Shown: positions 37,913 through 50,694 of the stretch, in pieces
How the letters are laid out: each line of letters opens with the position of its first letter
How positions within the stretch are numbered: the first letter of the stretch is position 1
NCBI GenBank assembly: GCA_013265495.1
Contig: MU058584.1
Span: 6,104,407 to 6,168,406 of the forward strand
Reading direction: 5' to 3'
Length of the DNA stretch: 64,000 nucleotides
From: Vicugna vicugna
Taxonomy: Eukaryota
Program-made: the position numbers and the translations under genes
The notes under the pieces: generated by a model
The model's database searches: none
Told to the model about the DNA's origin: nothing
The model's input: only the letters and a program-made list of their open reading frames with translations

Positions 37913-40077
37913 GAAGTCAGTGGAGCTTTTAATTCAGCAAAACCATTTAAACAAAATTAGTTTCACAAAAACCTACACTCATCTTGCTCTAAGAACATTT
38001 TCCTCTGTTTTTCTGCTCACATACTTTTCAAATCTACAAATGTCAGATTCTTTGACCCATGCCTCATTGAAATATGGTTTGTTTAAAAGTAAATTGTAAA
38101 AGTAAAGAGTAAAAGTAAAATACTCTTCTTTTAATGAGTATATTTACCGGCATTTTATGTAATTCTTTAAAAGCCTCCTTTTTATTTTCCACCTCCGCCT
38201 AGGAAACTACATTTGATAAAAAAAAATAAATAAAATCTGCACCTGAAAAACCTTGATTTCATTTTCAAATTTAAACTCCACAAAATTCAGAGATATTTTT
38301 AAACTTGGCCAAAGTCAAATGTCCTGCTTTTGTAAAAATCTTATAAAAGCACCACTTTGTTTAGAAAACTGTACATTCTGAGGCACAGGTAAAATCCCAA
38401 GCTCCTTTGGTTAGGGTATTTGGCTCCAGGTGATACTTGATTGAAACTGATTCATTCAAAAATTGAATGCACCATGAAAGCTCCCACAGAATTTCTATAG
38501 TATACTCTCTTATGTAAAAACTCCCAATATACTAATTCTCCATAAACCTCTGCGTAGGGCCAATTAGTAATTAGATCTTGAGGAGCAATGTTTTGCTTAA
38601 CGTATGAAGTCACCACACAAGTCCCAAGGGATGCATAGGTCTATTTCAAGCCAATGCCTTTATAAAACCCTGTTCCAGTTTTTGACTCTATAATGGATTT
38701 CCCAGGTTGGTGATACACCACACAGAAAATGCCATTTCCTTATTTTTTTCCTCCTCGAACTTCCTGCTCTTGCTGTGCGAGCATGGTTCATACTGTTTGA
38801 ATTTACTTATTGTGGTTTGCATAAAATTATCCTTCACTCATCTGCATGTAGTAGATAATGGTTATTTGCCTATAAATCTAACAGGTACTGCGTTTTATTT
38901 ACCCTCCTGCTCTGTGGGCACTCTCTGAACAAATGAGCAGTTGTTCTTGAAACATTTTCCATTTTTATGGGATTTGGAACTGTTTCGCCTTGTTGCTTTG
39001 TATGCTTTTTAGCAGCTTGAGGCTCCTTCTTTCATGGTGTTTACTCTGGAGCTGGTGTGAACAGAGGCTCTTGGAAATGGTAGAGTGTTAATATCCTGGA
39101 GTGTGTCTTGCTCCATGTAAAAGATTGCTTCTCTAGGCTTCCGGAGCTGCAGCAGAAGCAGGCCTTTCACAACACACACAGAAAACAGAGTCATGAATGG
39201 TCACACACCTACGCTCACTCTCTCACGCTCTCTGATTTCACATGTGCAGTAACAGGCCAGGAAACCTGACCCCATGTTGATTGGAACATTACTTTGCATT
39301 CATTTTCAGAATATTTGGAACCTCGCATATGTTTCTCGTTAATGCTCTTGTTTGATTGTTCTCAGTAATTTAAAAAAAATTAAATAAACCTGTATCAAAA
39401 ATTGTCACTTTGCTTTAAAGAAGCACAATTAGCTCCCTTTGTGGGAGCAAACAGGAAAGAGAAAAATGAGCTGAAATATTTCTGCCCATTTATGTGTATT
39501 TCTATAAATGAGATTGGCATTAAGACATAATAATACATTTGAGGCTCAAGGGACTTTAAATAGCTTTTGAACAAATCAAGCACAAAGTGGCATTACTTAT
39601 ACAAAGAAGCTCATTTAAAACAGAGCCTGTTAATCAAATGTGGTTTAGAATCATGTCTGTCTTAAATATATGTTCAGAATTAAAAGTTACTGGGCCAGGG
39701 ACTGAAAGTTAAGTAAGCTGATACCTGAATATATAATAACTGTAAGTTTGGAGGTACATTAATTGTTTCAACCCACAAAGGCATGGTATTCTTAGGCCTT
39801 AATGACTTCAAAAAGCAGTTATTTGAATCTATTTCTATTTTATCTAGCAACAAATGGGCTGTCCTCAAATTCAGCTTGATGATGTTGTGGCCCCTCTAAA
39901 ACAAAATGGAAAAAACCTGTCTATCTGTCTGTCTATCTATCTACCTATCTTCTATAATCTCGCTACATATCTTAATCCAAGTGGCTAAATCAAGTGTTCC
40001 AATAACCAGATATCAGGTTCACATCACCTCCTGATCTATTCTTTCATTCATTCTTTTATTCTACACATTTTGGATAA

Positions 40078-40622
40078 TGTTTTGAATATTAACCCTATTT
40101 TTTATTTCCTATATTTGACATCTTGGGAGCCTTGGGGACCCAGGGGAGGACTGCCCCTTCCACAGTTGACTAGCTCCTAGAGATGGCAAACAACTTACCT
40201 TTGAGCACACATTTGATAAGCAAACCAACAAATCAGAGCCCATACCTCCAATCACCTCCCTTACAAATCCTCACGTACCAAGCCAATAGTCTCCCTGCCC
40301 CCAGGGCTAGGTACCAGACAACCAGGGTCCACCTCTATAGCCTAGAGGCCATTGGAATTATTCAAACTATCTGATCCTGTAACTTACCTTGCCTCACTCA
40401 CTTCTCCTCTCAAAAACCCTAATAAAGTCTCTGCCCCATAATTTCCTCTTCTCTCCTCTGCCTCCTGACCTATCCAAGTACTTCCTCATGTGCCCTGCAA
40501 GCCGTGGAGTGCCTGTCCTCTTGGGAACTGTGGTAATAAACTATCTTTTCCATGGCAGTCATTCCTGATCTGTTGGCCTCACCATACCTGATTAAAACAA
40601 ATCCTGGATACATTCTAATATA
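40078..40622 (+). mobile_element. MER74-like ERVL solo LTR
   Basis: tgttttgaatattaa...tttgacatcttgggagcctt...gactgcccct...ctagagatggcaaacaact...ggtaccagacaaccaggg...attattcaaacta...ctcttgggaactgtg...ctgatctgttggcctcaccatacct. Confidence 0.85.
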
Positions 40623-40903
40623 TTTTGGTACCTGTCTCTATCATAAACTCCTGGCCTCTGTGTAGATCTTTTTGCTTCTAAAGAGCTTTCTGACCCTGGA
40701 CCATGCCTAACATTATTAGACACTTCTTTTTAGTGAGGTGTCCTCTTACAAAATTCCTGTCACAGAGGAATACCTTGATAGGGGTGGTTAGATGGCAGCC
40801 TAGCTCCCAGCTTTGGCGGTACAAGGTACTCCATCTTGGCAAGCATAACCCAATCTCCATTATTGCCTCAGGGGTGGAGATGGTTTCAATTGTAATGCAC
40901 TTC

Positions 40904-41520
40904 TGATGCAGGAAAAACAGATGTGAGGCATAGGAGGGCCATGTCCCAGGCTTTGGTTGAGCCCCTGGGATGCGCTCCACCAGGTGTAGGTCCTTGGCTT
41001 TGTGCAGGAAAGAATTCAAGAGGAAGCCACAGTTGAGTAAAGGCAGATTTATTTAGAGGTACATCAAAAGACAAGAGAAAGGCCACAAGGTGTGGGGGTT
41101 GGGTGCTCAGATTAGAGTAAAAGTAGGTACACACTCCATAGACAGAGCGCAGGTGTCTCCTAAGAGGATGAGAGGGGGCAGCTGTGAGGGGCATTGTCAG
41201 TTTTTATGGGTTTTGTAGCTTCATATGCTAATAAGTGGAAGGACCAGTCTAACTAGCCTGGGGAAGGGGCTGGGATTCCCAGGAAGTTGGCCATTTCCCA
41301 CTCTTGGACCTTTTGTGGCTAGCCTTGGGACTGTCATGGTGCCTGTGGGCATGTTATTTGCCATGCTAAAACATTACAATAAGCATATAATGAAGCTCAA
41401 GTTCTACTAGAAGTCAAATCTTGAGCCTTAAGGCCTTCTGGGGGTTGGATCCTCAGCCATCCTGATGTTAATTGCTGTGTTGTTCCTTGAATGGGTGTGC
41501 CCTGCCCCCTTCCTGTCTCA
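40904..41520 (-). mobile_element. ERV1-class solo LTR (617 bp) with 4-bp TSD
   Basis: Minus strand TGAGACAGG...CCTGCATCA; TSD cttc at 40900-40903 and 41521-41524; TATA-like CATAAAAA at 41208-41201; AATAAA at 41053-41048. Confidence 0.9.
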
Positions 41521-41942
41521 CTTCTGCTGGGCCTGCCCCAGCTCTGCTATTCTCCCAAGCCCACAACTAGCCTTAACCTCACTCATGCTCCAGAGCCTAG
41601 TTCTCCCATGGAGCCTAAGACCCTTCTGCCCTGTCTTCCAGGCTCATTTCTGCTCCTTCTTATGTATTTTCTCCACCATTTCCACCCAACTATCTCCGTA
41701 CTATCTAGCCAAAGTTGTACCAATCCTTAAATCCTTTATGAACTCTCCAGTAATACCCCTTCCTTAATTTGATTATATTTCAATGAACATTTTGTTTTTG
41801 TTGCCTTTTCTTCTTTATTTCATGTGCATTTTTTTCTTATGTAACCAGATTACTAGATTTTAAAATACTTGGCCCTGTAGAAAAACTTGCAATTTGAAGT
41901 CAGAGGACTTGAGCGCATGTGCTAATTTTATTACTTACAAGC

Positions 41943-42347
41943 TGTATTTATTTGCCCGGATTTCCATGCTACAATACCACAGGCTGGGTGACTCAAACAA
42001 CAGAAATTCATTTTCTCACAGTTTTGCAGGCTAAAAGTCCCAGATCAAGGTCATGCAAGTTTGGTTCCTAGTGAAGACTCTCTACCTGGCTTGTAAATAG
42101 TCGCCTTCTCACTCCATCCTCATGTGGCCTTTCCCAGGTACACGCAACTGGAAAAGAGAAAGAAAGAGCTTTCTGGTTTCTGTTCTTCTAAGGACTCCAA
42201 TCTCATCAGAACAGGGCCCCACCCTACACCCTCACTTAACCTTGATCATTTTCCCAGAGGCTCCCTCTCCAGCACAGACATACTGGGGGTTGGGGCTTCA
42301 ACATATGAATTTTTAGGAGACACGAACATTCCAAGTGACTATGACAA
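41943..42347 (-). mobile_element. MLT1A-like MaLR solo LTR inserted in a MIR
   Basis: ataccacaggctgggtgactcaaacaacagaaattcattttctcacagtt...ctgggggttggggcttcaacatatgaattt; MIR-like flanks at 41875-41942 and 42348-42385. Confidence 0.85.
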
Positions 42348-43659
42348 TATCTGAAAATGAAAATAGTACTGCTTAGAGGTTCTTCCCAAAGCCTAAAGGG
42401 CTGAACCGCGTTCAGTACCGAAAGACAGTTATTATGTAGAATTTCAAGTAAAGAATTTTGTTCTGTGTATTTATCTGACTGATACAGCAGGGCAATAGGT
42501 AAACTTATGTCATATGAGACTCTGGAGTTAACTCCTCTGGCTTTAAGTGCTGATGTTTGGTGCCAGGAAGTCTTTCACATTTTTTTTGCAGCTGGTTCTT
42601 TCCATTGCCGCCATACATAGGATGAAATAGTCTCTGATGTCAAATTGTCTTTCTGTCTAAAAAGAAATTTTAGAGAACATTTCAGAGGAAACCATCTTAT
42701 TGTCAACCTAGCTTCACACTCCAGGGGGAAAAATCTCAGAGCTCTAGCTGAAATATGGAGAGGCCCTTTACAATTAGATGTCCTAGTTACAGAGGCCAGT
42801 TTTGTTCAGTTTGGAATTTGATTCTTTTTTTTCTGGAAGTTCTGTCTTGTCCCTTCCAGGTCTATTAGACTTTGTCTCTTAGACTCCTTTCCTGAAGAAA
42901 CACAAACTCTTCTTGGTGAGTATTAGGTGAAAAATTCAAGTTACAATTGCCTACCCAGGCTACTCCTTAGAACTTCAAGTTACTTCAGTCCTTCCTGATT
43001 CCTAAATCATGGATCTTTTGAAATAATATTTTTTAATGTGCAGCCACTAGTTATTACCAGCTCTTCCTTTGATTTATCTCCAAATTTCTCTTTGTTCTCT
43101 CTTTCTTTCTGCTCCATTCCTAGTTAAGTTCTCATCATTCCCCAAGAAAAACACATTATTTTCTTCTCTAAACTTTCTCTCCCATCTGAATTCCTAGTCT
43201 CAGTTCATGGAATCATTTTTCACCTTGTTGATCAAATTAGAAACTTTGGGATCACTTTTGATTTCTTCCACTTTTACATCTCTCATGTAATTGATCACTG
43301 AATCATGACTGTTCCCTCTGTTGAACATCTCTGAATTCGTTCATCTAATCAACAAGCATTTACTGAGAATTTTTTATGTGCCGGGTACTAGGAATTCAAT
43401 GGTGAATGAGATCAGCCTGGTCCCCACCGTTACTGGTTTAATGATCTAGAGGGAAATGAGTTGTCTCTGGGAAAATGCTGATTACTCTGAACTCATCAAA
43501 GGGCTGCCAGGACAACTGGAGTAACGTTGCAGGTGCAACGTCCTGGGGGCAAAAGAAGAAATGTCTATTAGTGAAACAGAACCAGTTTCAACAATTACAA
43601 CTGACTTCTAAGTTACAGTTTTTTTTTCCACTTCTAACTAATCTTCTGTTTGCTGGCAA

Positions 43660-44135
43660 ATCTTTCTACGACACAGACTTGATTATTACACCCTCGTTTA
43701 AAAGCTATTCATGAATTCCCTTTACTTACAGAATAAAGTCCAAACTCAGCATATCATGCACAACCTTGTATGGGATACTTTTAGCCATCCCACATTACTT
43801 GCCATTTCCAAATAAAAATGTACTTTAAACTTTCGTGAACTTGCTTCTTCCTTCTACATCTGCTCACCTGATGAACTCATTTTAGACTCAATTTTAATGT
43901 CATCACTATGAAAACTCCCTGATCCTCCAACTTCTCAAATAAAATTAATTGCTTTTTTTTTTCGGACTTTGTAGCTTGTTACAGGTCATATTATTTCTAT
44001 GGCTGCCTCCATAGCCAGACTATATATTTTTCAAGACCTCTGACTATTTTATTTTTACTGCTTTTCTAGCTCTGAAAACAGTGCCTAACATATCAGAGGT
44101 GTTCAGTAAATATGTACTAAATTATGCTGAATTCA
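43660..44135 (+). mobile_element. L2 3' fragment
   Basis: ttacttacagaataaagtccaaactc...tctagctctgaaaacagtgcctaacatatcagaggtgttcagtaaatatgtactaaat. Confidence 0.65.
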
Positions 44136-44456
44136 GTATTTCACAAATACTCTTTTCTCTCTTCACTGGCATCAATGCACTTGACTCTTTATGTCTGAAT
44201 CCCACTTTTAGAAATCATTTGTGCATTAAACTCAGACCTTGCATTTAATCAAGAAACCTCTCTAATAAAGATACAACTACTTGGGGAGTGAACCACTGAG
44301 TTAATAGAATTATCAATCTTTTGTAAAGTTGGACTTATAATAACATACACTTCCCTATATAGATACTGACATTCTGATATAGATTCTTGATATCTAAAAT
44401 AAAGAGAGTAATTTGAGTTCTCCAGTTACTGCTTTTTCTGGCTTTTGCCATACTAA

Positions 44457-44477
44457 CTAGCTAGCTAGCTAGCTAGC

Positions 44478-44532
<55 letters not shown>

Positions 44533-44533
44533 A
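44457..44533. repeat. Compound (CTAG)n(AAAT)n microsatellite
   Basis: ctagctagctagctagctagct followed by about 13 aaat units. Confidence 0.95.
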
Positions 44534-45759
44534 GAAGTGTGATGTTCAGTTTGACTTAGTAGGAGTGATGTCCAGCAAAAGTTTGAAGGCCAAAATGTAA
44601 GGATCTCCATAACAAAGCATTTATTATTGGCAAACAAGCAGCACTCTGGATTTCTCCATGTTTCAGGATCCCATGCATTTTATGTATACCTATCTAGGAA
44701 TTTATAATATAGAAAAAGAGCCACCCTATATATTGTCTTCTATATGAAGGATGCTATTACACAGGTGTGCATTTTTTTGTGCTGTTTTCTACTCCTAGAC
44801 TATCCTTCCCACTCTTATTCTTTCTAAGAACCACTCTTTAAGAACCAGCTTTATTATTGCCCCCTCCATGAGGCATTCCCCAAGTTTCCTATTAAGGTTA
44901 GAGTAAGTATCCACAGAATCCGGTTTTTATCTTAATCAGAGCGCATCCCACACCATATCGAAATTATCTTTTCATCATCACTTTTTCCCAATTTGAGAGT
45001 AAACTCTTCAAAGAAAAGATGCTTGCTTTATTAATGTATTTTATTCCAGTGTTCTGACACACAGTAGCTTCTTAGTAAATGTTTATTGACATTATTGAAG
45101 TTTGATGCTTAATGTATTTTTTTACACCAAATGTATTTTCAGGGCTGACACTCGGCCTACTTGTGAAGTTTGTCTCTTGTATTCTTCTACTATAATCTCC
45201 TTTCTTCTTAACTTTCAGTGCATACTCCATTGTCTTCATGCTTTTCCAGGAGCCTTCTGTCATGATTAAGAATATGTCTCTTATAGTCTATAACACTAAG
45301 ACATCAGTGAGGGGTAATCCAAAGGGATTAATTATGTAATTTTAGGCACCAAGACCCCTGAGTAGGGGCATCTATTTTGGTGGGCATGAGACTGTCCCAT
45401 TCTAGTTAAATTACAGTAAGTACACCCTACCTAATATAGCTCTTTGCTGTTCCCGTTAAGTAATCTTAGAACTCCATGGATCTGTTCACTGTGAGTTCTC
45501 CCTATATGGCCAAACTTCTCATTTGACTAAATGTAAGTTGGATTAGTGCTGCCTAAAAATAATAAAAAGTTTCTTTTAACTGAGCTAACTGAAGTATCTC
45601 TGATGTGTTCAGCAGAAATTTGACATGTTGTTTTCATGATCCATTTAATGTTTACTCTTTAGGATACTGGTTAATTACCACAGAGATTTCTGCCCCAGCT
45701 CTGCAAACTAAACTACCAGAACTGGATTTCGATACATTAGCATACATGAGGACTTTTCC

Positions 45760-46250
45760 AGTCTGGCTCTTCATTATCTTCTCAGCCCACCCACCACGTA
45801 CATGTTCTCTTTTTAAATCATGTAAGACTGCTTCTAAAACATCAAGCCACTGTGTATTTTCACTGTTCTATAACTTAGCTCATGTAGTTTGCTTTCTCTG
45901 AATTTCTCTTCTCTTGCTTATCTCTCTTTAAAATTTTGACTCATTTTTCAGTGCCAACTCTCCTGGGAATTAGTGATGTGTTCTCAAAATAGAATGAACT
46001 GTTTCTTATTCTATCTCCTCCAACACTTTTGTCTACATTATAGAATTTATTACAGTGTTATAGCCTGCTGTATCTTTGTGTCTATCACCCACTGGAATAT
46101 GAATTCTTCGAGAAAAAGGACTGTGTCTTCCTCACTTTCTTTTTCCCTCCCTTCTTGGCCCATTTCCATTCCTAGAAATGTAGAGCGATTGGCCTTACAC
46201 TCCACAGAGGGTTGCTGCAATAAGTAAAGTTAGTAAATCAGTTGAACTGA
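45760..46250 (+). mobile_element. L2 3' fragment
   Basis: tctatcacccactggaatatgaattcttcgagaaaaaggactgtgtctt...aagttagtaaatcagttgaactga. Confidence 0.55.
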
Positions 46251-46995
46251 CATATGCTGAACACTAAAATAAAACTATATATTTAGAGTACACTTTTTTC
46301 CCTGACCTATAATAGGACCACTTTAGCCTTGGTTTTTCATTTGTGTTAATGGCATTAGCTAAGTGAACTGTATGTATTACTATAACATAGGGTGATGCTG
46401 GTCATCCAATCCAGAGATTAAATGGATGGTTGATTGGTTAACCTAAGGATTCCTTAACCTCTGGAATTAAATGTTACCTGTGATATTCATTACTAGCCTA
46501 TGCAGAAGCTCTTAGGCAAAGTAGATGCTGGCCATGGTGCTGAAGATTGCACGTGATTATCTCTTAGTCATATTGTTTTACACAATATCATAAGAATAAA
46601 ATCAGTGCCAGTCTAGCACAAGTTTGGTTTATTTTATAGAGTATGTTTTAATGTGTGCCTATATATAATGATATCAATGTCCACAACACTTACCAGTTCT
46701 AACTAGTATTTCTCAACACCAGAGTAGATTGAAGTACATCATTCTTGAATCATTTAATTTCTTTTAGGGACTTAAAATGTGAGTGTAGATATCTATCATA
46801 CTCTTAAAAAACTCCTTGTGGAAGTTTTATGGATGACTTCATAAAATTAAGGTGTTATCAACCAAATCAAGATACCAGTATCAATAAGAATGCATGTCAG
46901 AAAGGGACCTTCATTGAATAAAATCAGATTTACTGTGTAGATATTCATCCTCAAATTTACTTATTGGATAAATTTTTGTTTCTAGACATAGTTTT

Positions 46996-47149
46996 TTTAG
47001 CTTTTATTTTATTTTATTTTTAAAACTTTTTTTATTGAGTTATAGTCATTTTACAATGTTGTGTCAAATTCCAGTGTAGAGCAAATTTTTTCAGTTATAC
47101 ATAAACATACATACATTCATTGTCACATTATCTTTTGCTGTGAGCCATC
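46996..47149 (-). mobile_element. Short lineage-specific L1 3' end with perfect 15-bp TSD
   Basis: TSD tctagacatagtttt at 46981-46995 and 47150-47164, followed by aa (TTTT/AA endonuclease site); T-rich tail; ttattgagttatagtcattttacaatgttgtgtcaaattccagtgtagagc. Confidence 0.9.
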
Positions 47150-47879
47150 TCTAGACATAGTTTTAATGTTTACAATAAGAAGTTAGGAACGTTATGAATT
47201 AAGCAAATTTGATGACATTAATCTTGTGGTAGGTTGGGTATACAATATTTTTTTCCTTCTGTTAGCTTTACTTGTGGATGGTTATTTTTATGTGTGTATT
47301 TAGTTCAGGCTTAAATGAAGCCTCAATGTGGAAGTAGTGAAATGTCACTATGCATATTCTTTTCAAAGCCTGTTTAGGCAAAGTTCACTGGATAATAGTG
47401 TCTGAAAACAGAGGAGAAGAAATAAAAAAATGAATCTTTCAAATATCGTTGCTAAAACATTTTTAAAGACAATATATTTCCACATTGTAAGGTTTTTTTT
47501 CTGTACTTCTGTCTTACTTATCTCACATGATTGTTGAAGAAGTGAATTGAGAGAATGAAAATAAACACATTTTATAAATTAAAACCTCCTATGCAAATGC
47601 AAGATTTTATTACTATTTCAAATTTGAACTTGATTCTAAGCCTTTTCACCTTTTATCCTACTCTTCAAACTAGGGTACACAAACCCTGAAAGGATTGTGA
47701 AGACTTTCTCAGAAATAAGATGCCTGAAGTAGATTAAAGGAATAAATGTCCAGATCTTTGACTTAAACATATGCTTGTTCCCAAAATTGATCTTCCTGAC
47801 AAAGCACTTGTTTTGAAGGAACAGGTATTTCCACAGCTTCTTTTTCACAGTTGTCTTTTCCCCACTTTCCTTTGAATAC

Positions 47880-48853
47880 ACCACATGCATTGTATGACCT
47901 TTGGGGATAGAACTACTATAAGCAAGGGTGTTTGTGGGCATATGTTTTCACTTTTTCTTGGTCAAGTATCCGGGAGTAGAATTGCTATGTTACATAGTAG
48001 ATTCATGTTTAACCTTTTGAGAAACTGCCAAAGAGTTGTCTGAAGAGGTTGCGTCATTCTGTATTTCCAACCGCAACGTAGCAGAGTCCCAGTTTCTCCT
48101 CACCCTCTCCAACATTTGATATAAATTATTTTTATTTTAGTCATTCTTATATGAGAACCATAATCTCATTGTGGTTTTATTTTGCATTTCCCTAATGACT
48201 AATGATGTTGAGGACTTTTTCATGTGCTTATATTCTGCTTGTATGTCTTTTTTTGTTTAAGTATTTGTCTTTCCCATTTTTTGTTGGGTTGATTTTTTGT
48301 ATTATTAAGTTGTGTTTTTTATATATCCTAGATATAATTCCATTTTAGATGTATGCAAATATTTTTTCTCAGTCCATGGCTTGCCTTTGCATTTCGTTGA
48401 TGCATTGTTCGATGAGCAGAAGGTTTTAAATTTGATGATACCCAGTTTATTAAAATTTCCCTTGGTAGTTTGTTCTTGCTGTGTCCTCTTTAAGCAGTCT
48501 TTTTCTATGAAGGTCATGAAGATATTCTCCTATATTTTCTTCTAAGAGCTACATGGTTGTAGCATTTACATTTGTTCTGTGAACATTCTCACTTTAATTT
48601 TTGTGCATGGTATGACATAGAGGGTCCAAGTTTATTTTTTACCATATGGATATCCAGTTATTCCAGAACCATTTGTTGAAGAGATTTTCCATTCCCAATG
48701 AAATTGTTTTTATAGACTTACTAAAATCACTAGATTGTTCATGTGGGGGTCTATTTTAGGAATCTATTCTGTTCCATTCTCTATCCTTTTGCAAATAACA
48801 CACTGCCTTGGTTAGTGTAGCTTTTTTTTTTTTTTAAGAGTTTTAAAGTTGAG
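47880..48853 (-). mobile_element. Old L1 ORF2 3' part
   Basis: gagaaactgccaaagagttgtctgaagaggttgcgtcattctg...tttgcatttccctaatgactaatgatgttgag...ccatatggatatccagttattccagaaccatttgttgaa. Confidence 0.88.
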
Positions 48854-48855
48854 TA

Positions 48856-49102
48856 CAGATCTTCCGCAACTTATGATGAGGTTATGTCCCAATAAACCCA
48901 TCATAAGTTAAAAACATTGTAAGTAAAAAATTCAGCTGATACACCTAACCTATTGAACATGACAGCTGAGCCTCACCTACCTTAAACGTACTGAGAACAC
49001 TTAGCTTACAGTTAGGCAAAATCATCTAAGACAAAGCCTATTTTATAACAAACCACTGAATATCTCATGTAACTTACAGAATACTATACTGAAAGTGAAA
49101 AA
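48856..49102 (+). mobile_element. MER47A/Tigger5-like DNA transposon, right end missing
   Basis: TA + cagatcttccgcaacttatgatgaggttatgtcccaataaacccatcataagtt...tacacctaacctattgaacat...ggcaaaatcatctaagacaaagcctattttataa...tactgaaagtgaaaa. Confidence 0.85.
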
Positions 49103-50690
49103 CTAGCCTTATGGGGTTTCCCTTGTAGGTAACAAGTTGTTTTTATCTTGTTGCTTTTAGGATAGTCTATCTTTAACTTGGACCCTTTTAATTATAATGT
49201 GTCTTTTTGAATTCACCTTATTTGGAACTCTCTGGGCTTCCTGGACCTAAATGTCTTCTTACCCAGTTTTGGAAAGTTTTTTAGCCACTACTTCTTCAAA
49301 TAATTTTTCTGGGCCTTTCTTTCTTGTCTTCTTCTTCTGCAACTCTTATAATGTGAAAAATTCTTTTTTTAATTTTGCTGCTCTGTTGGGGTGAATTCCA
49401 CTGTTTTGTCTTCCAGGTCATTGATTCATTCTTCTACCCCATCCAGTCTGCTGTGACCCCCTCTGGTGTATTTTTTAGTTCAGTTATATCTTCTGTTTGA
49501 TGCTTTCTTATATTTTCTGTTTGTTGACGTTTTCATTGTGTTCATCCTTTCAACTCTTGAGTTCATTGAGCATCTTTATGATGCTTTATGAAGACTTTTA
49601 ACTCTTTGTTGGATAGATTTATCTCTGTTTTATTTAACTATTTTTCTGATGTTTTATCTTGTTCTTTCTATTGGAGTATATTCCTTTGTCTCCTCCTTTT
49701 GCCAAATTCTTTGCATCTGTTCCTATGCTATTGGTAAATCTTCTACCTCTCCTAGTACTGAGGAGTGGCATTATTTTAGAAGATGTCCTGTAGGTCTCAG
49801 AAGTGCAATCTTACTTGGCCACCAGAGTGAGGTGCTCAGAGGATGTCCCCTATGTGAGTTGTGTGTGTCCTCCTGTAGTGGTGGGGCCACGTGTGCTGAT
49901 GCAGTGTGCTCTTGGGTGGGCTGGCTTCCAGGCTGGCTCCCAGTCTTGCTGTGGCTGCTGCAGAACACTGGTGGATGGAGCCATCTATGTGGTCCAGCCA
50001 AGGTGCAGGAGTGGACAGGGCTCTCTGTGGTGTGTGCCCTCTGGTACCAACAGATTGAGGGAGAATTACAAAATGGTGCCCAGACAATGCCAGATCTAGC
50101 AAAGTAGCCTGAGATGGCAAAACTGGTTCCCGTGCGTGGCTCAGTCCTTGGGGAGCATCCCGAATGTTTCCTGCCTCTGAAAGTTACTTCAAGATTAGTA
50201 AGTGAGCTCCTTTGCACTTTTCAATGTGGTGTTTTTGGTGCAGATCTTAAGGCCCAGCAACTCTATGCCTGCCCTTTAAGAGTGGGTTTTTTGTTCCCTG
50301 CAGTTGTATAATTTTCCTGCACAGAAATTGCTCATTGCTTTTCAAAGCCAGGTGTTTTGGGGGCTTGTCTCTCCTATGCAGGGTCTAAGGGGTGGACTGC
50401 CTGATATGGAGCTCAAATCCCTAGCTCCTTAGGGAAATGATCAATACTTTTGTGGTCCCTTCTGGGTGTGTAGCACTGGGGCTAGAGTGTGGTTTTTCCT
50501 TGGTGAGACTGTATCTCTTCCCCTCCTATTCATTTTGATGCTGTCCTTTTACCATTTGTTGTGGAAGCTGTTCATCCAGTTTTCAGGCCCCTTTCTGAGG
50601 GACTTTTTTCTCACGTAGCTGTAGATTTGTTACATCTGTGGAGGAGGTGAGTTCAGGATCTTCCTATGCCACAATCTTGAAACCTCTCCT
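49103..50690 (-). mobile_element. L1 5' UTR plus 5' ORF1 fragment
   Basis: Minus strand starts caagattgtggcataggaagatcctgaactcacctcctcc; shares tctacagctac and gagacaagcccccaaaaca motifs with 13610-13870; ORF1-like sequence at 49105-49780. Confidence 0.85.
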
Positions 50691-50694
50691 ATTT

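Noticed and set aside
49649..50311. Overlapping 94-152 aa ORFs on both strands
   Set aside because: They lie in a GC-richer L1 5' UTR, with no recognisable protein similarity or splice structure.
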